Part shown: in pieces, positions 26,330 to 38,129 of the stretch | Numbering within the stretch: the stretch's first letter is position 1 | Layout of the letters: each line of letters begins with the position of its first letter | Assembly: GCF_030028105.1 (NCBI RefSeq) | Contig: NC_092373.1 | Location: forward strand, 43,381,451-43,445,450 | DNA length: 64,000 bases | Origin: Mobula birostris | Lineage: Eukaryota | Reading direction: 5' to 3' | Translations under genes and position numbers: made by a program | The notes under the pieces: model-generated | What the model was told of the DNA's origin: nothing | What the model saw: the letters and a program-made list of their open reading frames with translations, nothing else | The model's database searches: none

Positions 26330-29112
26330 CATTGTTGGAACATCCATTGTGTGAGTGGGTCAGTGTTAGAGTGGGGAATTGAGGCTTTGGCCTCAATTTA
26401 GGCAGGAGCTGTAGGTAGATGTTTTTGTTTATTCTTAAAGTTTTCTTTCCTTCTGATTACATATTTACGGCATTGGGGATGGCAGGCAGGATAGTGGAAT
26501 GCTCGTCTTATGGTATGTGGGAAGGCAGGAAGACCTCCAGTGTCCCTGACGACTACACCTGCAAGAGGTGTATCCTGCTGCAGCTTCTTTCAGACCGTAG
26601 TAAAGAATTGTCAAGAAATTGGAGCTAGAACTAGATGAACTCCGAATCATTTGGGAAGCTGAAGGGCTGATCGACAGGAGATAGAGGGAATCAGCTATAC
26701 CCAAGGTGCAGGGACACAAGTATTAGGTGACTGTCAGGAGGAGGAAAGGTAATAGAGTACCCTTGTAGCCATTCCCCTCAGAAACAAGTATAGTTTATTT
26801 TGAATATTGTTGGGAGATAACCTAGTAGGGGAAAGCCACAACGGTCAGCTCTCTGGCACTAAGTTTGGCTCTGTGACTTAGAACAGGAGTGGGGAGAAGA
26901 GGTGAGCTGTAGCGATGCAGTTCCTCATTGGTTTGGGAAACAGACAGGAGGTTCTGTGAACAAGAACTTGATTCCTGGATGGTATGTTGCCTCTCATGTT
27001 CCATGGTCAAGGACATCTCAGATTGAGTCCACAGCATTCTGAAGTGGGAGGCTGAGCAAACAGAGATTATGGTCCCTGTAGGTACCAATAACAGGAAGAA
27101 TTCTGAGGTTCTGCAAAGTGAGTCAAGAAGTTAGGTACTAACGTAAAGGACAGGACCTCCAGGGTTGTGATCTCAGGATTGCTACCTGTGGCACTTGCTA
27201 GTGAGGCCAGAAATAGAAAGATCATACAGTCTAAAACGTGGCTAAGGAGATGGTGCAGGAGGGAGGACTTCAGATTTTTGGATCACTGGGTTCTGTTCCA
27301 GGGAATGTGTACAGAAGGGATGGTCCGCACCTGAACTGGAGGGGGACTAATATCCCTGCAGGAATGTTAGCTAGTGCTGCACGAGGAAGTTTAAATTAGA
27401 GTTGCAGGAGAATGGGAACCAGACTGCCGGAACAGATAGAGGAGGGGTTGTGGAGACAGATTCTGTTAAAACCTCAGACAAAGTCAGCAATCAAAGGGTT
27501 GAACATGGTGGGATTAATGTTCTGAGTTGTGTGTATTTCAATGCAAGGAGTATTGTAGGAATGGTGGATGAGTTTAGTACATAGTTCAGCACATGGAATT
27601 ATGACATTGTACCATTAGTGAGACCAGGTCTGGCATCTCAGTGTTCCATGATTCCGTTGATGTAGACATGATAGAGTGGAAGAGATTAAAAAGGGAGGGG
27701 TGGCATTACTAGTCAGGGAAAATGTCACAGTGCTTAGACAGGACAGACTGGAGAGTTCATCCACTGAGGCTATATGGGTGGAACTGAGGAATATAACTCA
27801 GGAAGGGGATGACCACGTTAGTGGTACTATATTATAGACTACTCAACAGTCCTTAGGATTTAGAGGAGAAAATTTGTTGAAAGATCACAGACCTTTGCAA
27901 GAAAAATAAGTTTGTTGGATCAGAATCAGGTTAATTATCAACAGCATGTATCCTGAAATTTGTTCACTTAGCAGCTGCAGTACAATGCGATATATGATAA
28001 TATAAAAAGAATAAATAAATTACAGTAAGTCAGTAAGACAAGAATCAGCATGGGAGGCTGGTTAAGAAGGCTCAGTCACTTGGCATTCAGGATGAGGTAG
28101 TAAATTGCATTAGACATCGGTTTCGCAGGAGAAGTCAGAGTGATAGCAGATGGTTGCCTCACTGACTGAAGGCCTGTGTCTGGTGGTGTGCCACAAGGAT
28201 TGGTACTAGGTCATTTGCTGTTTGTCATCTCTCTCAATGATCTGGATGATAATGTGGTAAACTGGATTTTCAATTTGCAGATGCCACCGAGATTGGGGGT
28301 GTAGTGAACAGTGAAGAAGACTTTCAAAGCTTGCAGTGGGATCTGGACTAGCTGGAAAAATGGGCTGAAAAGTTGGAGATGAAATTTAATGCAGACAAGC
28401 ATGAGGTGTTGCATTCTTTGGAAAGACAAACCAGGGTAGAATTCAAATAGTGAGCAGTAGGGCACTGAAGCATGTGGTAGAACAGGGAGATCTGGGAATA
28501 TGGATTCGTAATTCCTTGTAAGTGGTGTCACAGGTAGGTGGGATTGCAAAGATAGCTTTTGGCACAGTGATCTTCATAAATCAAAGGAGTACAGGAGATG
28601 GAATGTTATGTTGATATTGTATAAGATGTTGGTGAGACCTAATTTCTACTATTGTGTGCAGGTTTGGTCACCTACTGATGGGAAGGATGTCAAATAGGTT
28701 GAAAGTGTGCAGAGAAAAATTAAAACGATGTTGCTGGGACTTGAGACCTGAGTTAAGGGAAAGGTTGGTTAGGACTAGGGTAAATGCAAGAAGGCTTTTT
28801 CCTCTGAGGGTGGGTGAGACTAGAACTAGTAGCCATTGGATAAGGATGAAAGGTTGAAAAGTTTGAGAGGAATCTGAAGTGGAGCTTCTTATCTCAGACA
28901 GTATTGAGAGTGTAGAACAAGCTGTGGGTGGAAGTGGCAGATACAGGCTTGTTATTAACATTTAAGATAAGTTTGGATAAGTACGCAGGTGAGAGGGGTG
29001 TGGAGGGCTATGATCTGGGTGCAGGTCGATGGGACTCGGCAGATTAATGGTTTGGCAAGAACTAGATGGGCCAAAGGACCTGTTTCTGTGTGTAGTGTTC
29101 TATGACTCTGAC
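26330..29112 (+). mobile_element. Decayed, internally deleted CR1 LINE including ORF1 N-terminus
   Basis: MAGRIVECSSYGMWE...YTCKRC (ORF1 Cys-rich), esterase remnants, YFNARSI and RT remnants. Tail tctatgactct. Short Rex-type tail fragment at ~27915-28030. Confidence 0.8.
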
Positions 29113-29644
29113 TTAAATGGGGTTAAGAAGGATGATAAATGAGCCATGGTGTAATGTCGGAGTAGACTTAATGGGCTGAATGGCCTAATTTGCTCCTATG
29201 TCTTATGATTTGATGGTCTTGTATTTTAATGAACACGATGCAATCAGAGTTTTCCCCTGATAACTCCCTTCGCCAAAATAGCTTACCTCTGGATATTTTG
29301 CGGTTGCAGTAATTCCAAAGCATAAATGGAATTTTGAACACTATTTTATGGCAGGAAGCATTTTTTCCCACTTACATGCCTAAACAAAGCAATATGTTTT
29401 TCCATAAAAAATATTATCCTACAGGTTTTGTTCATAGGTTTCAAGATGTCACTCAAGTGTTTCTTGGAATCCAGTAAGTTCAGCTCAAGTGATGGCACTG
29501 AAACATCGTGCAGCTGATCTCTGCTGTTGCTCATGTAGTTGAATGGTAATAGCAAAATGATCACAGGTGCAACAACTGTGATTCAGATATACTGTACACT
29601 AATAGAAATGGCCATTTTCTCATCTTCTTTAGGTACTAATTTTA

Positions 29645-30478
29645 TTTCTCAGATTCATTTATTTATCACATATACATCAGAACATACAGGGAAATGTGTC
29701 ATTTGTGTTAACAGCCAACACAGCCCTAAGAATGTGCTGGGGGCGATCACAAGTGTCAACCTCAGGTATGTGCTAGGGGCAGATCACAGGGTCATCTCAC
29801 ATTCCGGCACCAACATAGCATGCCCACAATGTTCAGCAGAACAACACAAGAAATAGCAACAAAACTAGGCCTTTTCTTCCCTCCTACTAGGCCTTTTCTT
29901 CCCATCTACTCATACACACCGATATGACCCCACCTCCAGGCCACCAATCTCCAGCGGACTCTCAGACTGCCAGACATTGGGCCTCTGATTCTCCCAGTGG
30001 ACTCGCAGACATCGGGCCTCCGACTTCTGCACAAGTGACTCAAGGGCTTTGAATATTGGGCTTCGGCTTCTGAACTCACCAACTGGGAGGTCACCAACTC
30101 ACCAACCTCGTGCCTCCTGCTTGCATGGACCTCCTATCTAGGGACCTAATGACATGGATAGGTCACCAACCCTCATCCAAGGGGCCTACCAGCCTCTGCC
30201 ATTGTCCATGGAGATTGCTGTTCTTCATCAGCAGTCCCTGCTGACCTGACATACAGTATGTCCTTGAAGATCGCTGGCCTTTGACTGTGGAGCACTCTGA
30301 CCTGAACTACAGCCACAGGCTCCTACCCCTAATCTCTAACTCTCTCATATCTCTGTCCCTAAACCTTAATCTGACCCCTGACTCCCTGTGCTGTCTACAA
30401 AGCTATCCGTACAAACTTAGTAAACAACTAAGACTGAATCACGACCTTGACGGACATCGCAGCTCAGCACCATCTTGA
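29645..30478 (-). mobile_element. Non-autonomous retroposon (5' AAGATGG, AATAAA/gaatct tail)
   Basis: caccatcttg at ~30468-30477 and tcagattcatttattt at ~29649. Same architecture as 24290-24928. Confidence 0.45.
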
Positions 30479-31707
30479 ATGGAAGAATTTCTCATTTCAT
30501 TTAAGTATTCAAAGAAATGGCTCAATTTTTGCAAGAATTAACTGCACAAAATAATTCACCTGAGTATACTGTCGCTCACATCACCTCCTCTTCCTGTGCC
30601 TGCCACTAATTGTGTAGTAACTAATTCTAGTTTAAGTTAATCTTTATCTTTTTTTTCTAATGCTGAATGACCACCCTTATTATTAAATAGGTTCTCTTTC
30701 AGTTTGTAAATAACCTATTAAGTCTGTATATTTAAGGTTTATATATCCTGTTTTGTACTGATTTGGTTTGAACATTGAACATAGGATAATACAGCACAGT
30801 ACAGCCCCTTCGGCCCACAATGTTGTGCTGACCCTTAAACCCTGCCTCCCATATAACCCCACACCTTAAATTCCTCCATATACCTGTCTAGTAGTCTCTT
30901 AAATTTCATTAATATATCTGCCTCCACCACTGACCCAGGCAGTGCATTCCACGCACCAACCATTCTCTGAGTAAGAAACCTTCCTCTTATATCCCCCTTG
31001 AACTTCCCACCCCTTACCTTAAAGCCATGTCCTCTTGTATTGAGCAATGGTGCCCTGGGGAAGAGGTGCTGGCTATCCACTCTATCTATTCCTCTTAATA
31101 TTGTGTATACCTCTATCATGTCTCCTCTCATCCTCTTTCTCTCCAGAGAGTAAAGCCCTAGCTCCCTTATCTGTGATCATAATGCATACTCTCTAAACCA
31201 GGCAGCATCCTGGTCAATCTCCTCTGTACCCTTTCCAATGCTTCCACATTCTTCCTATAGTGAGGTGACCAGAACTGGACACAGTACTCCAAGTGTGGCC
31301 TAACCAGAGTTTTATAGGGCTGCATCATTACCTCGTGACTCTTAAACCCTATTCCTCGATTTATGAAAGCTAACATCCCATAAGCCTTCTTAACTACCCT
31401 ATCTACCTGTGAGGCATGTACCCCCAGATCCCTCTGCTCCTCCACACTACCAAGTATCCTGCCATTTACTTTGTACTCTGCCTTGGAGTTTGTCCTTCCA
31501 AAGTGTACCAGCTCACACTTTTCCAGGTTGCACTCCATCTGCCACTTCTCAGCCCACTTCTGCATCCTATCAATGTCTCTCTGCAATCTTTGACAATCCT
31601 CTACACTATCCACAAAACCACTAACCTTTGTGTTGTCTGCAAACTTGCCAACCCACCCTTCTACCCCCACATCCAGGTCGTTAATAAAAATCACGAAAAG
31701 TAGAGGT

Positions 31708-33573
31708 CTTCGTTACTCTCCTGTTTTAGCCAGCTCTCAGGCTATAAACTGAATTTACATAAGAGTGAACTTTTTCCTTTGAATAATTGGATATCAACTA
31801 ATTCTAACCTTATGTTTAAAATTGTGAGAAACCAACTTACTTAGGTACAACAATTACTAAAAATTGTAAGTACTTATTTAAAGAAAATTTTCTTACCCTA
31901 TTAAATTATGTAAAAAGGACACTATCAAATTGGTTGCCTCTCGTTATCATTGATTGGTCGAATTAATTCTATTAAAATGAATATTTTACCTAAATTTATA
32001 TATCTTTTTAAGGCATTGCCTGTTTTTATCCCTAAATCTTTTTTTGATTCTCTTGATTCTATTATATCATCCTATATATGGAAAAATAAGCGTCCTAGAC
32101 TAAGCAAAATTCATCTTCAGAAAGCTAAAAAGAATGGAGGCCTAGCTTTACCAAACTTTAGGTTTTATTATTGGGCGGTTAATATACGTAATCTTACATT
32201 TTGGTTATATTACATTAATCGTAAGGATTGTCCGATGTGGGTTTCTTTAGAAGCTAACTGTTAATAAATTTGCTATTATTTCTCCTCTTGGACCCTCACG
32301 TCCTTTATCCCTGAGTAAGTTAACTGACAATTTGGTAGTTAAACATACAATGAGAATGTGGGTACAATTCCGAAAATACTTTGGCTTCTTGAGATTTTCT
32401 CTTTCAAGTCCCATTTTTTCTAATTAGTTTTTTAAATCTTCTATGATAGATGTAGCTTTTAAAGAATGGGATAGATTGGGTATTAAATGCTTCCAGGACT
32501 TGTTTGTGGAGGAAAGTCTCCTTTCGTTTGAGCAACCGTCAGCTAAATATAGCTCACTTTTTTCGATACCTACAAATAAGAGGCTTTTTACAGTCTCAAA
32601 TATGTACATTTCCTAAAAGTCCTGATAAAAATCTACCAGATGTAATTTTTAATTTGAAACCTTTTTATAATAGATCTATACCTAATATTTATAATATGTT
32701 GCTGGGAATGAGAAGTGTTCCTTTAGATAAAATTAAAAATCTTTGGGAACAAGACTTACAGACTTCAATTTCTGAGGAAACTTGGAATGAAATTTTTAAA
32801 TTGGTTAATATTTTATCGTTATGTGCTCACCGCTCTCCCCTACAATTTAAAACGGTCCATAGGGCCCATATGACCAAGGATAAGTTGTCTCACTTTTATT
32901 TGGATATATCTCCTGATTGTGATAAATGCAATAATGGAGAAGCTTTTTTCATTCATATGTTTTGGACATGTCTGAGTCTTGAAAAATATTGGAAAGAAGT
33001 ATTTCAAACCTTCTCGGTACTTTTTAAAGTAAATTTAAGCCTAATCCTTTGACTGCTTTATTTGGTATTGTTGGAGGAAAGGATATTTTGGAGAAATCTG
33101 ATTTGCATATTTTGGCTTTTATTTCTGTTATGGCTAGGAGGCCGTTTTTGCTTAAATGGAAAGATGCAGTTCCGCCCACTCATGTTAAATGGCTGCGTGA
33201 TGTGATGTCATGTTTAAATTTAGAGAAGATTCGGTGTTCAATTTTTGAATCCAGTCAAGACTTTCAAACTTTGTGGGGACCTTTTTTGAACTATTTTCAA
33301 AACCTTTGATTTGCCGTTAAAGCACAGATGATGGCTAATAATATACTTCTTTTTTCTTCTTCACTAATCAGCTTCGGTCTTGGTAGTGAGTTAGGGTTAT
33401 TTTCCATATAATAAATTTACTATATTTCAATATTATGAATTAATCAATTTGTATGAATATAGAGCAAGGAGTTTGTATGTGCGATTCAGTATAATATATT
33501 TGATATATTTCTTTTTTCTTAAACTCTGTATTCTTCTATGCAGAAAATTAATAAAAATATTGAAAAAGAAAAA
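31708..33573 (+). mobile_element. 5'-truncated L1-clade LINE nested in CR1
   Basis: 12-bp TSD aaaagtagaggt (31696-31707 / 33574-33585). AATAAA plus poly(A). ORF2 fragments GRINSIKMNILPKFIYLF, GGLALPNFRFYYWA and CDKC...HMFWTC. Confidence 0.92.
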
Positions 33574-34571
33574 AAAAGTAGAGGTTCTAGAACCGATTCG
33601 TGTGGGACACCACTAGTCACAACCCTCCAATCCGAATGTACTCCCTCCACCACGACCCTCTGCTTTCTGCAGGCAAGCCAGTTCTGAATCCACCTGGCCA
33701 AACTTTCCTGGATCCCACGCCATCTGACTTTCTGAATAAGCCAACTGTGTGGAATCTTGTCAAATGCCTTACTAAAATCCATGTAGATCACATCCACTGC
33801 ACTACCCTCATCTATATGCCTGGTCAACTTCTCAAAGAACTCTTATCAGGCTTGTTAGACACGATCTGCCCTTCACAAAGCCATGCTGACTGTCCCTGAT
33901 CAGACCATGATTCTCTAAATGCCCATAGATCTTATCTCTAAGAATCTTTTCCAACAGCTTTCCCACCACAGACGTAAGGCTCACTGGTCTATAATTACCC
34001 GGACTATCCCTACTACCTTTTTTGAACAAGGGGACAACATTCGCCTCCCTCCAATCCTCCGGTACCGTTCCCGTGGACAATGAGGACATAAGGATCCTAG
34101 CCAGAGGCTCAGCAATCTCTTCCCTTGACTCGTGGAGCAGCCGGGGGAATATTCCGTCAGGCCCCGGGGACTTGTCCGTCTTAATGTATTTTAACAACTC
34201 CAACACCTCTTCTCCCTTAATATCAACATGCTCCAGAACATCAACCTCTCTCATATTGTCCTCACCATCATCAAGTTCCCTCTCACTGGTGAATACCAAA
34301 GAGAAGTATTCAGTGAGGACCTTGCTCACTTCCACAGCCTCCAGGCACATCTTCCCACTTTTATTTTTAATTGGTCCTACCTTCACTCATGTCAGCCTTT
34401 TGTTCTTCACATAATTGAAGAATGTCTTGGGGTTTTCCTTTACCCTACTCGCCAAGGCCTTCTCATGCCCCCTTCTTGCTCTTCTCAGCCCCTTCTTAAG
34501 CTCCTTTCTTGCTACCCTATATTCGTGAATAGACCCATCTGATCCTTGCTTCCTAAACCTCATGTATGCTG

Positions 34572-34660
34572 ACGAAGGGTATCGGCCTGAAACGTCGACT
34601 GTACCTCTTCCTATAGATGCTACCTGGCCTGCTGCATTCCACCAGCATTTTGTGTGTGTT
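34572..34660 (+). mobile_element. 89-bp hammerhead-core mini-insertion
   Basis: Perfect 14-bp TSD cctcatgtatgctg (34558-34571 / 34661-34674). Core ctgacga-agg-gtatcgg-cct-gaaa-cgtc-gactg. Confidence 0.85.
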
Positions 34661-35473
34661 CCTCATGTATGCTGCCTTCTTCCATCTGACTAGATTTTCC
34701 ACCTCACTTGTCACCCATGGTTCCTTCACCCTACCTTTATCTTCCTCACTGGGACAAATTTATCCCTAACATCCTGGAAGAGATCCCTAAACATCGACCA
34801 CATGTGCATAGTACATTTCCCTGCAAAAACATCATCCCAATTCATGCCTGCAAGTTCTAGCCTTATAGCCTCATAAATTGCCTTCCCCCAATTAAAAATT
34901 TTCCTGTCCTCTCTGATTCTATCCTTTTCCATGATAATGCTAAAGGCCAGGGAGCGGTGGTCACTGTCCCCCAGATGCTCACCCACTGAGAGATCTGTGA
35001 CCTGACCCAGTTCATTACCTAATACTAGATCTAGTATGGCATTCCCCCTAGTCGACCCGTCAACATACTGTGACGGGAATCCGTGTTGGACGTACTTAAC
35101 AAACTCTGCCCCGTTTAAACCATTGGAATTAATCGGGTGCCAATCAATATTAGGGAAGTTAAAGTCACCCATGATAACAACCCTGCTATTTTTGCACCTT
35201 TCCAAAATCACCTTCCCAACCTGCTCCTCAGTATCTCTGCTGCTACCAGGGGGCCTATAGAATACTCCCAGTAAGAGTAACTGCTCCCTTCCTGTTCCTG
35301 ACGTCCACCCATACTGACTCAAAAGAGGATCCTGCTGCATTACCCACCCTTTCTGTAGCTGTAATAGTATCCCTGACCGTAATGCCACCCCTCTTCCCCT
35401 TTTCCTCCCTCTCTATCCCTTTTAAAGCACTGAAATCCAGGAATATTGAGAATCCATTTCTGCCCTGGTGCCA

Positions 35474-35635
35474 ACAACAGGAACTCTGCAGATGCTGGAA
35501 ATTCAAGCAACACACATAAAAGTTGCTGGTGAACGCAGCAGGCCAGGCAGCATCTCTAGGAAGAGGTGCAGTCGACGTTTCAGGCCGAGACCCTTCGTCA
35601 GGACTAACTGAAGGAAGAGTGAGTAAGGGATTTTC
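35474..35635 (-). mobile_element. 162-bp Penelope-pLTR-like mini-element
   Basis: Perfect 15-bp TSD tctgccctggtgcca (35459-35473 / 35636-35650). Contains a complete hammerhead motif. Confidence 0.85.
35569..35606 (-). ncRNA. Minimal type I hammerhead ribozyme motif
   Basis: Minus strand reads UAGUC-CUGACGA-AGG-GUCUCGG-CCU-GAAA-CGUC/GACUG. This gives both conserved boxes, helix I (UAGUC:GACUG), helix II (AGG:CCU), palindromic ACGU helix III and a GUC cleavage triplet. Confidence 0.78.
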
Positions 35636-37652
35636 TCTGCCCTGGTGCCAGCCAAGTTTCTGTAATGGCCACTACATAATAATTCCATGTACGTATCCAA
35701 GCTCTCAGTTCATCACCTTTGTTCCTGATGCTTCTTGCGTTGAAGTACATGCACTTTAGCTCTTCTACCTTACTACCTTTACACCTTTTATTCTGCTTCT
35801 TTTTCCTCGAAGCCTCTTTATATGTTAGATCCGGCTTTACTCCATACAGTATACTTGCAATTCTTGCATGACCTTTATCCTCCTCCACCTCACTATGTGC
35901 TCTAACACTCTGGTTCCCCTCCCCCTGCAAATCTAGTTTAAACCCCCCGCGCCCCCCCCCCCCCCCGGAGCAGCACTAACAAACCTTCTCACAAGAATGT
36001 TTGTCCGCCCCCCCAGTTCAGGTGCAAACTGTCCCGTTGGAACAGGTCCCACCTTCCCTGGAACAAGGCCCAATTGTCCAGAAACATGAAGCCCTCCCTC
36101 CTGCACCAACTCCTTAGCTATGTACTTAGCAGAATTATCTTCCTATCTCTAGCCTCACTAGCACGTGGCATAGGTAACAATCCTGATATTGCAACCTTGG
36201 AGGTCCTGTCCTTCAACTTTGCACCTAACTCCCTAAACTCTTTTTGCAGGGCCTCCTCCTGCTTCCTATCCACGTCATTGGTCCCTACATGGACCATGAC
36301 CTCCGGCTGCTCACCTTCCCTCTTGAGAATACTGAGAACTCGATCCGAGATATCGCGGACCTTGGCACCAGGGAGCCAACAGACCATCCAGGATTCTTGA
36401 TCTCTCCCACAAAACCTCTTATCTGTCCCCCTAACTATCGAATCCCCTAAAATTACTGCTCTCCTCTTTTCCCTCCTTCCCTTATGAGCTGAGGGTCCAG
36501 TCTTGGTGCCAGAGATGTGATCACTGCAACTTGTCTCTGGTAGCTCATCCTCACCAACAGTACCCAAAACGGTATACTTATTATTGATGGGAATGGCCCT
36601 TTCCCTCTCCTGACTGTCACCCAGCTACCTGTCTCCTGACTTATAGGAGTTTGCAAATCAGATTCTCAGCATGTTTGTTGTGTGTTTGTCAGCAAAATAG
36701 CGCTATCTTGATCTATTCTTGAAATTCCAGAACTTTTGATCATATCCCAGTCTTGCCTTTCTTGCATGTATCATTGAATTTTGCTGCCTCAGGGTGGCTT
36801 AAGATTCCTCAGCAAAGGTAGCTTACCAAAGCACATTGATAATTATTTCATATTTTTGCTATTGTTTTCCTATGATATGGAAGGAGGTCACTTGGCCCAT
36901 TCACTTTATACTACTCTCAAAACAATACCATCATTTTCATTCCCCTGTTATTTCCTTAGAGCTACATTGTAACTGTAATCAAATTGCAAAATGTAGGAAA
37001 ATCCTTAAAATTGACCTGATAGTGAAATAAATTAGATGTTTGTCATATTTTAGTTAGAGACACCGTTGCTTTTTATGTTTTCAAATATTTGTTGAAGTCA
37101 TTTAAATTCTTCATTAAAATGAAAGGAAACAGTTAATAAACATTGTGGTTCATGACTGAGTCTGCAATGCTAATTTACATGGACTGATAATCTGTTTCCC
37201 AACTGAGAAGGAGTCTTTGAGGAGCTGAAAGAAAACCTTTCTCATATCCTGTGAAGCTAGAAAAAGGATAAAATGTGTCAGTGCATGTTTTATCGCCTGC
37301 TGAGTAATTGATTGTGTTACTGGTATAGCAGCTTTATTATCCATGGGTAGGCAAGGCCAGCTCCATATTTTCTAATGATGACATTCATAATAAGTCAAAC
37401 AAGAAATACAGCATCGTTTTTCAGTCAATTCTTTAAAAATGAGGAAAAATTATAACATTCATTTTGGCATGAACCATATTCTCTTTAACAATATACTTGT
37501 AATTAGTCAGTTCCTCTTTTAAAGTGGCATATATTTGCTGTCTCCTTTACAATACTATATCTGTGTATTAGAGGATCATACAAAGATGCGAACTGTCAAG
37601 TTGCAGAAAATAATATCGAAAGGAAAAGACCATAAGGTCCCGCTGGTATATA

Positions 37653-37806
37653 CAGGTCGACCTTCACTAATCCGACATCATTGGGACCTGAGGAGTGCTG
37701 GATTAGTGAAAATGCCAAATTACAGAAGGATCACATTTAGCATAATCAGTGCCAAATTATCGAAGGAACTGGATTACAGGTAGTCGGATAAGTGAAGGTT
37801 GACCTG
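37653..37806. mobile_element. 154-bp Tc1/pogo-type MITE
   Basis: TA-flanked. TIR caggtcgaccttcactaatccgac / gtcggataagtgaaggttgacctg. Confidence 0.85.
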
Positions 37807-38129
37807 TACTAAATAAATATGATACCTTGTATAGGTATACATGCCTGTCAAAACTATGCAACTGTTGGGAGAAGTGCAAACCCAGGTTAAAGATCCAGGC
37901 CTTCCTAACCGATTAAAATTAATCCTGTGCATCACCTGTCATTGATAATGCATTATTTATCCGCAGAATAGGGGTATATCAATGAATTTGTGTTCACTGC
38001 ATGTGCCTGGGGTTTTTCTCAAAGAAACTACCATTTTCAAGTTTGAAAAAAATTCGACATTAAAACACAACAGAAATTCATTACCCCAGCTACTCACTAA
38101 GTTAATTATCGAAGCAAATGAATCGTGTA

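Larger units (their letters stand above)
30768..36655 (-). mobile_element. Near full-length CR1 LINE hosting three younger insertions
   Basis: ORF1 SGNH esterase (ILGDSIVRG...LPGAKV...HVGTND), APE (YFNARSI, MGDFNFPNIDW, GDSDH), RT (NYRPVSLTS, DFSKAFD, KFADNTK) and 3' tail ctatgttcaatgttc. Confidence 0.92.
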
